DNA from: an uncultured Rickettsiales bacterium | GTDB lineage: Bacteria > Pseudomonadota > Alphaproteobacteria > Rickettsiales > UBA8987 | NCBI GenBank assembly: GCA_964564045.1 | Contig: CAZLZP010000001.1 | Location: forward strand, 9,039 to 73,038 | Direction: 5' to 3' | DNA length: 64,000 nt | Shown here: piece by piece, positions 19,450-30,298 of the stretch | Layout of the letters: each line of letters starts with the position of its first letter | Numbering within the stretch: position 1 is the first letter of the stretch | The notes under the pieces: generated by a model | The model's input: the letters and a program-made list of their open reading frames with translations, nothing else | The model's database searches: none | Told to the model about the DNA's origin: nothing | Translations under genes and position numbers: made by a program

Positions 19450-21659
19450 TTCCCCACTGGCAGTTCACCAGCCATGAATTTTGGCAGGGTGCCTTCGTAG
19501 GCTTCGCGCAGTTCAGAAACTTTTATAGAAGCATTACCAACAGTAATACTATCACCGCCGGTTTCACCTATCACCGTTGCTGAAACACCTTCCGCAGGAG
19601 CGCGAGTTAAAATGCGTTCAGCAAATTCATTCGGAACAGTAATTATATAACGCGCCTGATCTTCACCGAAGGCACGAGCAACATCAGTAGATATATCAAT
19701 ATTGGCACCGATATTTCCGGCTATAGCCATTTCGGCTATGGTAACAAGCTGGCCGCCTTCTGAAACATCATGGCAGGCAGTTAGCCAGCCCTGCTCTATT
19801 GCGAACAGAACAAACTCGCCGTTCTTCTTTTCAACATCTAAATCAACCTTAGGCGGCGCATAGCCTTCTTTGGTGATATCCAGAATTTCTTCCGCGTAAA
19901 TTGAAGCACCTAAGTGGCCTTCCATATCGCCGATGCGGATAATTGTTTGACCTTCTTTTTTGAACGCAACTGTAGTTGTTTTTGAAACATCAGCAATAAG
20001 CCCTACGCCGCCAATGGTAGGTGTTGGCTTAATGCCCTTGCCGTTGGTTTCGTTGTAAAGCGATGCATTGCCTGAAACCACCGGATATTTTAAGAACTCA
20101 CACGCTTCACCCATACCTTTTAATGCGCCAACTATCTGGCCCATAATCTCAGGCTTTTGTGGGTTACCGAAGTTCAAGCAGTTTGTAACCGCAAGCGGCT
20201 TTGCACCTACTGAAATTAAATTACGGTAGCTTTCCGCCACGGCCTGCTTGCCGCCTTCCTGAGGGTCAGCATACACATAACGGCTATTACAATCAGATGT
20301 CATGGCTATCGCTTTTTGTGTGCCGTGAACACGCACCACCGCAGCATCACCGCCCGGTACTTGAATAGAATCGTTCATCACGCGGTAATCATACTGTTGG
20401 TATATCCAGCGTTTGCTGCAAATGTTCGGGCTACCGATAAGTTTTTTAAGCTGCGCAAGAAGTTCAATTTCACTAATTTCTTTTGTGTAAATTAGAATAT
20501 CTTTGTTCTCGGTTGGCTTCCAAGGTCTATCATACACAGGGGCTTCATCAGAAAGAGGCTGCACCGGCATATCGGCAACCACCTGTCCACCGAATTTCAG
20601 AATCATTCTACCAGTGTTTGTTATTTCACCCACTATCGCAGAATCTATATCCCATTTATCGAACACGCCTTGCGCAAATTCTTCCTTGCCCGGGCGGATA
20701 ACCATTAGCATGCGTTCCTGAGATTCCGAAAGCATAATTTCGTAAGGTGTCATTCCCTCTTCGCGCATTGGAACGTTATCAAGCACAAGTTCAACACCGG
20801 AATTACCTTTGCCAGCCATTTCAGCGGTGGAACAGGTTAAACCCGCCGCGCCCATATCTTGAATGGAAATTATGGCATCACTTTGCATAAGCTCCAGGCA
20901 TGCCTCAAGTAATTTTTTCTGCGAGAATGGATCTCCTACCTGAACGGTTGGGCGTTTTTCATCTGAAGCATCATCGAATTCTGCCGAGGCCATGGTTGCA
21001 CCATGGATACCATCACGACCTGTTTTAGAGCCGGCATATAGAAGTTTTGAACCAACAGATGATGAAGCCGAGTAAAATATTTTTTTGGTTTCAGCGATAC
21101 CAACACACATTGCGTTAACAAGAATATTGCCGTTATAGCTTTCATCGAACTGGCATTCGCCGCCAACAGTTGGAACGCCCATACAGTTACCGTAACCGGC
21201 AATACCGCTAACCACACCTGAAAGTAAGTGGCGGGTTTTTAAATTTTTCATCGAGCCGAAGCGAAGCGAATTAAGTAGCGCCACCGGACGCGCACCCATA
21301 GTGAATACATCTCGCAATATGCCGCCAACACCAGTTGCCGCACCCTGGTAGGGTTCAATGAATGAAGGGTGGTTGTGCGATTCCATTTTGAAAACACAGG
21401 CCAAGCCATCACCAAGATCGACCACACCGGCTCCTTCACCCGGGCCGCATATTACCTGCGGGCCTTTGGTTGGAAGTTTTTTGATGTGTTTACGTGTAGA
21501 TTTGTACGAGCAGTGCTCAGACCACATTACCGAGAATATACCAAGTTCCACCAGATTAGGCTGACGCCCCATTATCTGAAGAATTTTTTGGAACTCTTCA
21601 GTAGTAAGGCCGTGTTCGGCGATAACGTTGTTATCTATTTTGTGCGCTTCTGATGACAT
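19446..21659 (-). CDS. purL: Phosphoribosylformylglycinamidine synthase subunit PurL
   Basis: 737 aa. 'WSEHCSYKS', 'ESHNHPS' and duplicated AIRS-like domains. Confidence 0.95.
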   Translation of the reverse strand: MSSEAHKIDNNVIAEHGLTTEEFQKILQIMGRQPNLVELGIFSVMWSEHCSYKSTRKHIKKLPTKGPQVICGPGEGAGVVDLGDGLACVFKMESHNHPSFIEPYQGAATGVGGILRDVFTMGARPVALLNSLRFGSMKNLKTRHLLSGVVSGIAGYGNCMGVPTVGGECQFDESYNGNILVNAMCVGIAETKKIFYSASSSVGSKLLYAGSKTGRDGIHGATMASAEFDDASDEKRPTVQVGDPFSQKKLLEACLELMQSDAIISIQDMGAAGLTCSTAEMAGKGNSGVELVLDNVPMREEGMTPYEIMLSESQERMLMVIRPGKEEFAQGVFDKWDIDSAIVGEITNTGRMILKFGGQVVADMPVQPLSDEAPVYDRPWKPTENKDILIYTKEISEIELLAQLKKLIGSPNICSKRWIYQQYDYRVMNDSIQVPGGDAAVVRVHGTQKAIAMTSDCNSRYVYADPQEGGKQAVAESYRNLISVGAKPLAVTNCLNFGNPQKPEIMGQIVGALKGMGEACEFLKYPVVSGNASLYNETNGKGIKPTPTIGGVGLIADVSKTTTVAFKKEGQTIIRIGDMEGHLGASIYAEEILDITKEGYAPPKVDLDVEKKNGEFVLFAIEQGWLTACHDVSEGGQLVTIAEMAIAGNIGANIDISTDVARAFGEDQARYIITVPNEFAERILTRAPAEGVSATVIGETGGDSITVGNASIKVSELREAYEGTLPKFMAGELPVGN

Positions 21660-21686
21660 ATTTTGAGGGCAGTTTTACGGCTTTTT

Positions 21687-22730
<1,044 letters not shown>

Positions 22731-22764
22731 TTATAAGGGAATAGTTAGGCAATTTCAATTGGAA

Positions 22765-23067
22765 TTATGCTATATTAAATAGCGCTGAGAAATTTGAAAG
22801 AGTGAACATTTTTTGTACGTGACCTGTAGGGTTTACAAGAGTAAGGTTCAGATTCTTTTTCTTCGCCTCTTCACGAGCTACCAGAAAAATGCCAAGTGCA
22901 GCTGAATCAACAAATTCAAGCCCAGAAAGTTCAAGCGTATAGCTTGGAGCTTCACCCGCCCTTATGGAATCTATCACCGTACGGAAGGCCTGATGATCAG
23001 CAAAGGTAAATTTGCCCGAAAGTGAATAGGTGCAACTATCTTTTGTTAATGTCTTCTTCAGATTCAT
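22765..23067 (-). CDS. STAS-domain protein (SpoIIAA-like anti-sigma antagonist fold)
   Basis: 100 aa. 'LELSGLEFVDSAALGIFL' matches the STAS phosphorylatable-Ser region. It is the last gene of the che operon. Confidence 0.75.
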   Translation of the reverse strand: MNLKKTLTKDSCTYSLSGKFTFADHQAFRTVIDSIRAGEAPSYTLELSGLEFVDSAALGIFLVAREEAKKKNLNLTLVNPTGHVQKMFTLSNFSALFNIA

Positions 23068-23080
23068 AGGTCACCATCAG

Positions 23081-24292
23081 TTAAAATAAGACTATCTCAT
23101 CGTCGGAAGCTACACTAGCTTCAGCAGAGTTATTTTCAAGAAGATTATTAGACGCATCTACAAGTTGAGTTCCGTAGCCAGATACAATAACATTATAGGC
23201 TTTTTGAAGTTCCGACAAGTTAAGCTTACTTTTTATCATCTGATGGAATTCAATATTAGTAGAGTATTTATCAAGGATATAGTTGTTGTTATTGTTAAGT
23301 AAAATATCGCCAAACGATTCCAGCGAAGTTTTAATATCCAGCAACGCACCGGATATATTATCCATGAATTGCGTTGTTCTATCCTGGAACTGAACCTTTT
23401 GAACCATCTGAGAAATATTCTGCGACATTTCTTTGTTATTTTCAGCGGTGCCGGTAAGTATTTCGTTAAATTCCTGGGTTTGGCTTAAAAGGGAATCCAT
23501 CATGCCTTCCAGGGTTTTTTTAACGGAGATATTATCTGACATATCAGTGGTTGCCACCGCTTGCAGAATTTTATGGCCATCACTTACACTATCAGCCACT
23601 TTGGTTATTTTCTCATTCATGAATTCAGATAGCTTGTTGATCTCTTTCGAAACATTACGAACCTCTTCAGCTACAACCGCGAAGCCCTTGCCAGCTTCCC
23701 CGGCACGCGCAGATTCTATTGTTGCATTCAGCGAAAGAAGATTGGTTTGCTTGTTTATGACCTTAATTTTTGCGTTGAAAGATTGAATATCGTGTATTGC
23801 GCTCATTGCATCATCAAGGGAATAGACCATGGCCATAGATTGCTGCGAGATATATATTATTTTTTCAATCGAGCTAGCGAAAGCCTTGTTGAACATACTA
23901 TAGAATTCCGACATTTTTATCTCTTCGCCTTCAACCTCAAGCACCTCAGACTTTTTGATAACCATTTGCATTATTTTGGACTGTTCCATGGCATTGCTGG
24001 CAAGTGAAAGGAACTGGCTGTTCAGGCTGGATATGTTTTCTTCTATCAGCTTCGCCGTTTCTTTCATTTTCTGAGAGGCAAGTTCAATAGTAGCAACAGC
24101 AGGTATGCCTATTTTTTCCCAGTTTACCCTGTAACTTGCAAACTGATGTTCGTAATTTGTAACCAAAGAACCACCCGATTGATTCGCAGGTTTTGTATCT
24201 AGAAGGGGGTTTGTTAATGGCGTGAATTCGGGTTTAAGCAGATCATCCACCTGCTTTTTTGATAAATTAGTTTTTTTACTGAATAGCGCCAT
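23081..24292 (-). CDS. Soluble (no TM helix) methyl-accepting chemotaxis protein-like receptor
   Basis: 403 aa. MCP hairpin tip '[31 protein letters not shown]'. No hydrophobic TM segment is evident. Confidence 0.85.
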   Translation of the reverse strand: MALFSKKTNLSKKQVDDLLKPEFTPLTNPLLDTKPANQSGGSLVTNYEHQFASYRVNWEKIGIPAVATIELASQKMKETAKLIEENISSLNSQFLSLASNAMEQSKIMQMVIKKSEVLEVEGEEIKMSEFYSMFNKAFASSIEKIIYISQQSMAMVYSLDDAMSAIHDIQSFNAKIKVINKQTNLLSLNATIESARAGEAGKGFAVVAEEVRNVSKEINKLSEFMNEKITKVADSVSDGHKILQAVATTDMSDNISVKKTLEGMMDSLLSQTQEFNEILTGTAENNKEMSQNISQMVQKVQFQDRTTQFMDNISGALLDIKTSLESFGDILLNNNNNYILDKYSTNIEFHQMIKSKLNLSELQKAYNVIVSGYGTQLVDASNNLLENNSAEASVASDDEIVLF

Positions 24293-24294
24293 AA

Positions 24295-25338
24295 TTAAAC
24301 TTTAGCCAATTTTACCATTTCTTTAGGTATATCAAGAAGTGAGGCCTGCTGATCGACCGCGCCAGCTACGTAAGCCGCCTTTGGCATACCATAAACCACA
24401 CAAGAAGCTTCATCCTGCCCTAAATTATAAGAGCCACTCTGCCTCATGGATAACATGCCTTTTGCGCCATCTTTACCCATACCGGTAAGTATAACCCCAT
24501 ATGCCGATTTGCCAATGTTTTTAGATATAGATTCAAACAAAACATCAACAGAAGGTATGTGTCCTGATACTTTTTCGCCATGCCCGACAGCACATGCCAT
24601 TTGAACGCCTCTTCTTATAACTTCTAAATGCATACCACCTGGGGCTAAATAAATATTCCCCGGTTCTATAAGATCGCCATTTTCCGCCTCTTTTGCAGAC
24701 ATAGGACATATTTTATTCAAGCGCTCTGCAAAACTTGCGGTGAATTTAGGCGGCATATGCTGGGTAACCACTATTGGAGGAAAATTTTCCGGCAAGCGTA
24801 TGAGAACCTCTTTAAGCGCCTCTACCCCACCGGTTGAAGAACCTATTGCAAAAATTATGCCGCTCTTGAACTTTTCCCCCACACCGAATACCTCGGTGGT
24901 TTCCGAGCTTTCATGCTCCTGCGAATTAACGTTCCTTACCTTTGCCCGCGATGCAGACTTTACCTTTTCAACAAGATCTTTGGCAAGGCTATCAACATCA
25001 AAATCAGTAGATGAGGTTTTGGAGACATAATCTACCGCACCTATTTCTAGTGCTTTAATGGTTGCATCTGCACCCTTCTGGGTTAGCGATGAAGCCATGA
25101 CAACTGGTATAGGGCGAAGGGTCATTATCTTTTTAAGGAAAGTTAACCCGTCCATACCTGGCATTTCAATATCCAGAGTAATCACATCAGGGTCGTATCT
25201 TTTTATTTTTTCCCGCGCTTCGTTGGCATCAGCGGCAGAAGCTACCACTTCAATCTCAGCATCACTAGATAATATCTTAGTGAACATCTGCCTGATGAAT
25301 AATGAATCATCAACTATGAGTACTTTTATCTTTTTCAT
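24295..25338 (-). CDS. cheB: Chemotaxis response regulator protein-glutamate methylesterase
   Basis: 347 aa. REC domain ('VLIVDDS', '[12 protein letters not shown]') plus a methylesterase domain ('GSSTGG', 'HMP', 'GMGKDG'). Confidence 0.93.
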   Translation of the reverse strand: MKKIKVLIVDDSLFIRQMFTKILSSDAEIEVVASAADANEAREKIKRYDPDVITLDIEMPGMDGLTFLKKIMTLRPIPVVMASSLTQKGADATIKALEIGAVDYVSKTSSTDFDVDSLAKDLVEKVKSASRAKVRNVNSQEHESSETTEVFGVGEKFKSGIIFAIGSSTGGVEALKEVLIRLPENFPPIVVTQHMPPKFTASFAERLNKICPMSAKEAENGDLIEPGNIYLAPGGMHLEVIRRGVQMACAVGHGEKVSGHIPSVDVLFESISKNIGKSAYGVILTGMGKDGAKGMLSMRQSGSYNLGQDEASCVVYGMPKAAYVAGAVDQQASLLDIPKEMVKLAKV

Positions 25339-25355
25339 AAATCATCTTTTATAAA

Positions 25356-26036
25356 TCAAAATAACGAAACATCGTCCACAACAAGTTTCTGCTCCTCTTC
25401 CGCCGAGTGAGTGATCTTTTCTTCGAACTCTCTTTCTTTATCAAGAATTATCATATCCTCTTTTCTTTGTAGCTTACGCAGCATGGCCTTGCCTGTATCC
25501 GGGAAGAAGTGAAGCCTGCGTGGAGTATCACCGCCTACATCTTCAGCCTTTATAGGAATATGTTCATCGGCAAGAAATTCTTTAACAAATTTAATATTTT
25601 TGGTGCCTATAAGTGTAGAGCTTTTAATTACGTTACCACCACCAAATATCTTTGCTTCAAAACGGCTTTTAACAGCACCAAGTTTTAGCATTCCGTTGAT
25701 AAGTTCTTCCATTGCGTTAACACCAAAACGTGCAGAATATCCTGGGTCTGTCATAGAAAGTTTATCCGTTTTACTGCCGGGAAGAAGTATATGATTCATT
25801 CCGCCTATTTTAGTTATAGGGTCTCGCAGACATACCGACATGCACGAGCCCAATATGGTTACAAGCATCTCGCGGGGTTCAGAGGTGTAGTAACAATCTC
25901 CGGTTATTAACTTAACCACCGTTATTTCCATATTCTGGTCGTAGTAGCGACGTATACCATCATATATATCGCCAACCTGAACCTTTTCAGTATCGGTCCT
26001 TCTTATTGGTATCTTTCTTTTCTCTGAGTCTGTCAT
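25356..26036 (-). CDS. cheD: Chemoreceptor glutamine deamidase CheD, with N- and C-terminal extensions
   Basis: 226 aa. CheD core 'TILGSCMSVCL' and 'GGMNHILLP'. A ~35-aa acidic tail ends in 'DDVSLF'. Confidence 0.88.
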   Translation of the reverse strand: MTDSEKRKIPIRRTDTEKVQVGDIYDGIRRYYDQNMEITVVKLITGDCYYTSEPREMLVTILGSCMSVCLRDPITKIGGMNHILLPGSKTDKLSMTDPGYSARFGVNAMEELINGMLKLGAVKSRFEAKIFGGGNVIKSSTLIGTKNIKFVKEFLADEHIPIKAEDVGGDTPRRLHFFPDTGKAMLRKLQRKEDMIILDKEREFEEKITHSAEEEQKLVVDDVSLF

Positions 26037-26884
26037 TTAATCTTTCTATACGTAGTTTTATCAACCAGTTCAAATCTATCACATACATTATTCAGGCTTT
26101 CAGAATGGCCGATATATAATAAACCCCCGGGGGCCAGAACATCAGCGAATTTGTTGAACAGAACTTTCTGGGTTTCCTTAGTGAAATATATAACAACGTT
26201 ACGACAGAAGATTATATCGAACGGCCCTTTCAGCGGCCATGGCTCCACAAAATTAAGGCGCTTGAAATGTATAAGTTTTTGCAACTTAGGCGACATTTGC
26301 ATGGTGCTGTTCTTTTTATCTTCGGTAACGAAAAGCTCATAATAATCTGCAGGTATGTTCTCACCTTCATCAATTTTATATTCTCCGGCGGCACCGGTTG
26401 CCAGCATGTTGGTATCGATATCTGTTGCAAGTATCTTCGCATCCCAGCTATCTACATCACGCAGCACGGAACGAAGTACCATTGCTATGGAATATGGCTC
26501 CATACCAGCCGAACAGCCGGCCGACCATATCCTCAGCTTTTTTTGCGAAGCATGTTTTTTTATCATTTCCGGCAGACCGGTTTTTTTAAGATGATCGAAA
26601 TGGTGCATCTCGCGGAAGAACTTTGTAAGATTGGTGGTGACCGCATTCACGAAGTCTATTATCTCGGAACCGGCTTCATCACTGGTAACAAATTCTATAT
26701 ATTGCTTGAATGTTTTAAAGCCTATTTTGCGTATGCGTTTTGCGATACGGCCATAAACCATGGTTTTTTTGTGGGGGGCAATACTTATTCCGGTTTTTTC
26801 AAAGACCAGCTCGCGGATGATATTAAAATCATCATCGCTGAACTCAAACTCCATGGAGTTATTTTGTTGAGGAGCGGCTGCCAT
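26033..26884 (-). CDS. cheR: Chemotaxis protein methyltransferase
   Basis: 283 aa. N-terminal helical domain plus a SAM-MTase ('LRIWSAGCSAGMEPYS', 'IFCRNVVIYF'). Confidence 0.92.
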   Translation of the reverse strand: MAAAPQQNNSMEFEFSDDDFNIIRELVFEKTGISIAPHKKTMVYGRIAKRIRKIGFKTFKQYIEFVTSDEAGSEIIDFVNAVTTNLTKFFREMHHFDHLKKTGLPEMIKKHASQKKLRIWSAGCSAGMEPYSIAMVLRSVLRDVDSWDAKILATDIDTNMLATGAAGEYKIDEGENIPADYYELFVTEDKKNSTMQMSPKLQKLIHFKRLNFVEPWPLKGPFDIIFCRNVVIYFTKETQKVLFNKFADVLAPGGLLYIGHSESLNNVCDRFELVDKTTYRKIK

Positions 26885-26890
26885 ATTGCT

Positions 26891-27400
26891 CTATTTTGTA
26901 GCTGTATCTGCAGCTGTTAAGGTTTTTTTATCGAATAGATAATCTACATCAAGCAGAATAACCATTTTATCATCTTTAGATATAAGGCCATTAACATAGG
27001 CATCTTCAATTCCTGTATCCGCCGAAGAAGGAGAAGGTTTAATTTCTGCTTCAGGAACAGTAAGAATATCTGAAACAGCATCAACCAGTATGCCAATAAC
27101 CCTTGTGCCTATTGATATAACTATAACCACGTTCTTTTCTGTAGCGTTGGTTTTACCCTGGCCAAAACGCGTGCGAAGATCGAAGATAGGTATGACCAGA
27201 CCACGAAGATTTATAACACCAAGCATATATTCCGGAGAATTAGGTATGCGCGTAGCCTCATGCCAGCCGCGAATTTCCATTACCTTCATAATATCTACGC
27301 CGTATTCGTTCTTCTCTACTTTAAAAGTTAAATACTGACGTGTAGCCACCTTTTCCTGAGACTGTTTGCCCGCATAACCTATATTCATATTATTTTCCAT
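26891..27400 (-). CDS. cheW: Chemotaxis coupling protein
   Basis: 169 aa. 'YLTFKVEKNEYGVDI' and 'INLRGLVIPIFDLR' are typical CheW blocks. Confidence 0.92.
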   Translation of the reverse strand: MENNMNIGYAGKQSQEKVATRQYLTFKVEKNEYGVDIMKVMEIRGWHEATRIPNSPEYMLGVINLRGLVIPIFDLRTRFGQGKTNATEKNVVIVISIGTRVIGILVDAVSDILTVPEAEIKPSPSSADTGIEDAYVNGLISKDDKMVILLDVDYLFDKKTLTAADTATK

Positions 27401-27418
27401 AAAACCTCCTATGAGTTA

Positions 27419-29557
27419 TTAAGCCGCTTTTAAAAATTTATTGTCTAAGCCCATTTTTAGAATTTGGGCAACATCAAGTATCAGTGAAACATTACCGTCA
27501 CCCAATATCGTTGCACCGGAAACCCCATTCACATGGTCGGCGTTCTCTTCAAGATTTTTGATAACCACCTGCTGCTGACCGAGAAGATCGTTAACTATAA
27601 CACCCATTTTATCTCTGCCAGTTTCAACCAGAACTATTATAACTTTGTTAGGATCTACCTCGGCATTAGGTACGTTGAATATTTTATTCAAGTAAACAAC
27701 CGGCAAGAATTCACCACGAACATTTATAACATCACTACCGCTTTTAACACGCTGTATATCTGTGGATTTCAGGCACATTGTTTCAATGATGTTCGAAATA
27801 GGAATGATGTATTTTTCAGCACCCACCTGTATTACCATGCCATCAAGAATTGCAAGGGTAAGCGGAAGTGAGATAATGAATTTAGAGCCATGGCCGGGAT
27901 AGTTTATCATTTGTATCTCGCCGCCAAGATCTTTTATGTTCCTGTTCACAACATCCATACCCACGCCCCTGCCGGAAACATCTGTAACTTTTTCAGCGGT
28001 TGAGAAGCCAGCCGCAAAAATAAGATGATCTATCTCTTCAGGAGTAAGCTGGGCATCTGGCGCTACAACGCCTTTTTCTTTGGCCTTGCTTAGAACCCTT
28101 TCACGATTGATACCATTACCATCATCGGAAATTTCTATGATTATGCGACCACCGGAATTATCAGCCGAAAGGTAAATAACACCTTCCGCCGGCTTGCCTT
28201 TTGCAACCCTTGCATCTGGCATTTCAATGCCGTGATCAAGCGAGTTACGTATCATGTGGGTAAGTGGGTCAGACAATCTTTCGATAACAGTTTTATCGAT
28301 CTCGGTGTTCTCACCCTTCATTTCCAGACGTATCTGCTTATTAAGTTTTCGGGAAAGATCACGAACTATTCTTGGCATGCGTGAGAAAACAGTTTTAACC
28401 GGCTGCATGCGCACCGCCATAACAGCTTCCTGCATTTCACGCGTGTGGCGCGAAAGCTCGTTCACACCCTGCATCAGCCCTTCTAGATATTGCTGGGGAA
28501 CATCTTTCAAACGCTGCATTATCATTGCTTGGGTGATAACTAATTCACCCACCATGTTCACCATTCTATCTACTTTACTTATATCTACACGTATTGAAGT
28601 TGCGGCCTCATCTTTCTGAGGAGCAGCTGCAGCAACGGCAGCAGGAGCAGGTTTTGGAGCTTCAGCCTGTGCGGCAGCGGCGGCAACTATAGGCGCAGGA
28701 TCTTCGAATAAACCAAACGCGCCGCCAGAATCTTCTAAAGGATTCGCAGCCTTAGGTTCCTCGAATAAACCAAACGCACCGCCAGCATCTTCCAACGGAG
28801 AGCTAAATGATTTTGCCGATAAGGTACCTTCGCTTATAGTAAGCTTGCATTCATCTTCAACAAATTCAAACGCCTCTTTCATCACCGAGATATCTTCGGT
28901 AGTTGTGGCGTGAATATTCCATTTCAAATAACAATCTTCAACATCAAGATCGTAAATATCAGGCACCTGCGAATGATCTATCTCTACTTCTAATTTTGCC
29001 GCGCGTTGCAGTTCACGTATTATATATACAGGTTCATTGCCGCTCGCAAAAAGTTCACGGTTTGGTTTGAAATTTATTGTATAGGTTTTTTCAGATGAGG
29101 ATTTAGGAGCTTCAACCTTTGCTTCTGCCATTTTAGGGGCATCTTCAAGTTTTTTCCCGGCAGCACCTTTAGCACCAACTATTGCTTTAAGGTTGCCAAG
29201 CAGCTCATCTTCGAAGCCGGCAGGAGCTTCAACATTGTTTTTTGCAGCAAGTACAAGAGCCTTTACAACATCAACCGATTTTAAAAGCGCATCTACTATA
29301 TCAGAGCTTATTTCCATTTCATGCGTACGCAGCCCATCAAGCAAAAACTCAAGTATATGGGTGAAACCGACCAGACGTGTAAACCCGAATGCACCACCAC
29401 CGCCTTTAATAGAGTGAGCGCAGCGGAATATTGCATTTATATCTTCAATATCAACATTGGTTTGGTCAAGATTAAGCAGACGTTCTTCCATATCCTCAAG
29501 AAGCTCGTTCGCTTCCTGGATATACGTAGACTTGAACTGGTCCATATCTGATGACAT
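27419..29557 (-). CDS. cheA: Chemotaxis histidine kinase
   Basis: 712 aa. P1 HPt 'RCAHSIKGGGG', a P2-like domain, P3 dimerisation, the P4 HATPase ('DDGNGI', 'GRGVGMD') and a P5 CheW-like domain. Confidence 0.95.
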   Translation of the reverse strand: MSSDMDQFKSTYIQEANELLEDMEERLLNLDQTNVDIEDINAIFRCAHSIKGGGGAFGFTRLVGFTHILEFLLDGLRTHEMEISSDIVDALLKSVDVVKALVLAAKNNVEAPAGFEDELLGNLKAIVGAKGAAGKKLEDAPKMAEAKVEAPKSSSEKTYTINFKPNRELFASGNEPVYIIRELQRAAKLEVEIDHSQVPDIYDLDVEDCYLKWNIHATTTEDISVMKEAFEFVEDECKLTISEGTLSAKSFSSPLEDAGGAFGLFEEPKAANPLEDSGGAFGLFEDPAPIVAAAAAQAEAPKPAPAAVAAAAPQKDEAATSIRVDISKVDRMVNMVGELVITQAMIMQRLKDVPQQYLEGLMQGVNELSRHTREMQEAVMAVRMQPVKTVFSRMPRIVRDLSRKLNKQIRLEMKGENTEIDKTVIERLSDPLTHMIRNSLDHGIEMPDARVAKGKPAEGVIYLSADNSGGRIIIEISDDGNGINRERVLSKAKEKGVVAPDAQLTPEEIDHLIFAAGFSTAEKVTDVSGRGVGMDVVNRNIKDLGGEIQMINYPGHGSKFIISLPLTLAILDGMVIQVGAEKYIIPISNIIETMCLKSTDIQRVKSGSDVINVRGEFLPVVYLNKIFNVPNAEVDPNKVIIVLVETGRDKMGVIVNDLLGQQQVVIKNLEENADHVNGVSGATILGDGNVSLILDVAQILKMGLDNKFLKAA
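28697..28798 (-). repeat. In-frame tandem duplication (period 57 nt) inside cheA encoding PLED[AS]GGAFGLFE[ED]P twice
   Basis: The 45-nt cores at 28697-28741 and 28754-28798 are identical at 39 of 45 positions by my count. They lie in the P2-P3 linker. Confidence 0.85.
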
Positions 29558-29573
29558 AACTTCCTACTTGGAA

Positions 29574-29942
29574 TTATACGGGACAAACTTTTTTAACTAC
29601 CTCTACCAGTTTATCTGGCTGGAATGGTTTTACTATCCAACCTGTTGCACCGGCATTCTTTCCTTCCATTTTTTTATTTGCATCACCTTCCGTGGTAAGC
29701 ATAAGTATTGGAACAGTTGCACTTGAAGCATTTGCCCTAACGGCCCTTATCATATCCATACCATTCATGTTAGGCATGTTCAGATCGGTTATTATAACAT
29801 CAATTTTATTGGCCTTAACCACTTCTAAACCTTTTACGCCATCTTCCGCTTCAAGAACGGTGTAGCCAGCACCCTTAAGTGTAAAGCAAACCATCTCACG
29901 TATAGTTTTTGAATCATCTACTGTTAATGCCACCTTAGTCAT
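29574..29942 (-). CDS. cheY: Chemotaxis response regulator CheY (single REC domain)
   Basis: 122 aa. 'VDDS', the phospho-acceptor context 'VIITDLNMPNMNG', 'LTTEG' and 'IVKPF'. Confidence 0.93.
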   Translation of the reverse strand: MTKVALTVDDSKTIREMVCFTLKGAGYTVLEAEDGVKGLEVVKANKIDVIITDLNMPNMNGMDMIRAVRANASSATVPILMLTTEGDANKKMEGKNAGATGWIVKPFQPDKLVEVVKKVCPV

Positions 29943-29943
29943 A

Positions 29944-30297
29944 TCAATTGCTCCAACTTGTTAATTCTTTTGATAATCCTACATCATAAAAAGCTTTTTT
30001 GAAAGCTTCACTTGGTGATGCAAGTTTAAAACTTATTTTTGCCAACTCACAAGATTTAGCGAGCGAGATAATTATCTGGATACACGGCGTTGTAATTCTA
30101 TTGACCCCAGATGCATCAACCAGCATTCCTTTCTGGGCACTTTTTTCAAATAATTCTATCGCCTCTTTCTTCAGTTTCTCTGCGTAAGAGATATCAAGCA
30201 CCTCACGAAGCTTTAACTGTACACCACTAGATTTAGAAGCTGGCGCTTTAGCAACCTTGTTTAACTTCTTAACCTTCTTTTTAACTTTTGGCGCCAT
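29944..30297 (-). CDS. STAS-like small chemotaxis protein (position and shape of alphaproteobacterial CheS/CheX-orf2 type)
   Basis: 117 aa. A K-rich N-terminus is followed by a STAS-like core ('MLVDASGVNRITTPCIQIIISL'). It lies directly upstream of cheY-cheA. Confidence 0.55.
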   Translation of the reverse strand: MAPKVKKKVKKLNKVAKAPASKSSGVQLKLREVLDISYAEKLKKEAIELFEKSAQKGMLVDASGVNRITTPCIQIIISLAKSCELAKISFKLASPSEAFKKAFYDVGLSKELTSWSN

Positions 30298-30298
30298 A

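Noticed and set aside
23369-23392. 'QFQDRTTQ' (D304/Q308) in the MCP-like protein considered as a second CheZ-type DxxxQ active site, which would make it a receptor-phosphatase fusion.
   Set aside because: Counting from the hairpin tip, this segment aligns with the canonical receptor block 'EMDRVTQQNAALVEE' of E. coli Tsr, about 95 residues after 'ARAGE' there and about 110 here, roughly two extra heptads. It is most simply the receptor's own conserved helix. I keep it only as context for the 186-aa paralogue.
26267-26920. Long antisense ORFs opposite well-supported genes. Examples are 26267-26920 (217 aa, opposite cheR), 8876-9499 (207 aa, opposite moxR), 18568-19164 (198 aa, opposite purF), 58578-59126 (182 aa, opposite ugd), 59138-59626 (162 aa, opposite rplM), 30399-30881, 47649-48125 and 48580-49053.
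   Set aside because: Their translations are low-complexity and Cys/Phe/Ser-rich with no recognisable motifs. Each lies entirely within a gene whose product has clear family signatures. They are typical shadow ORFs of an AT-rich genome.
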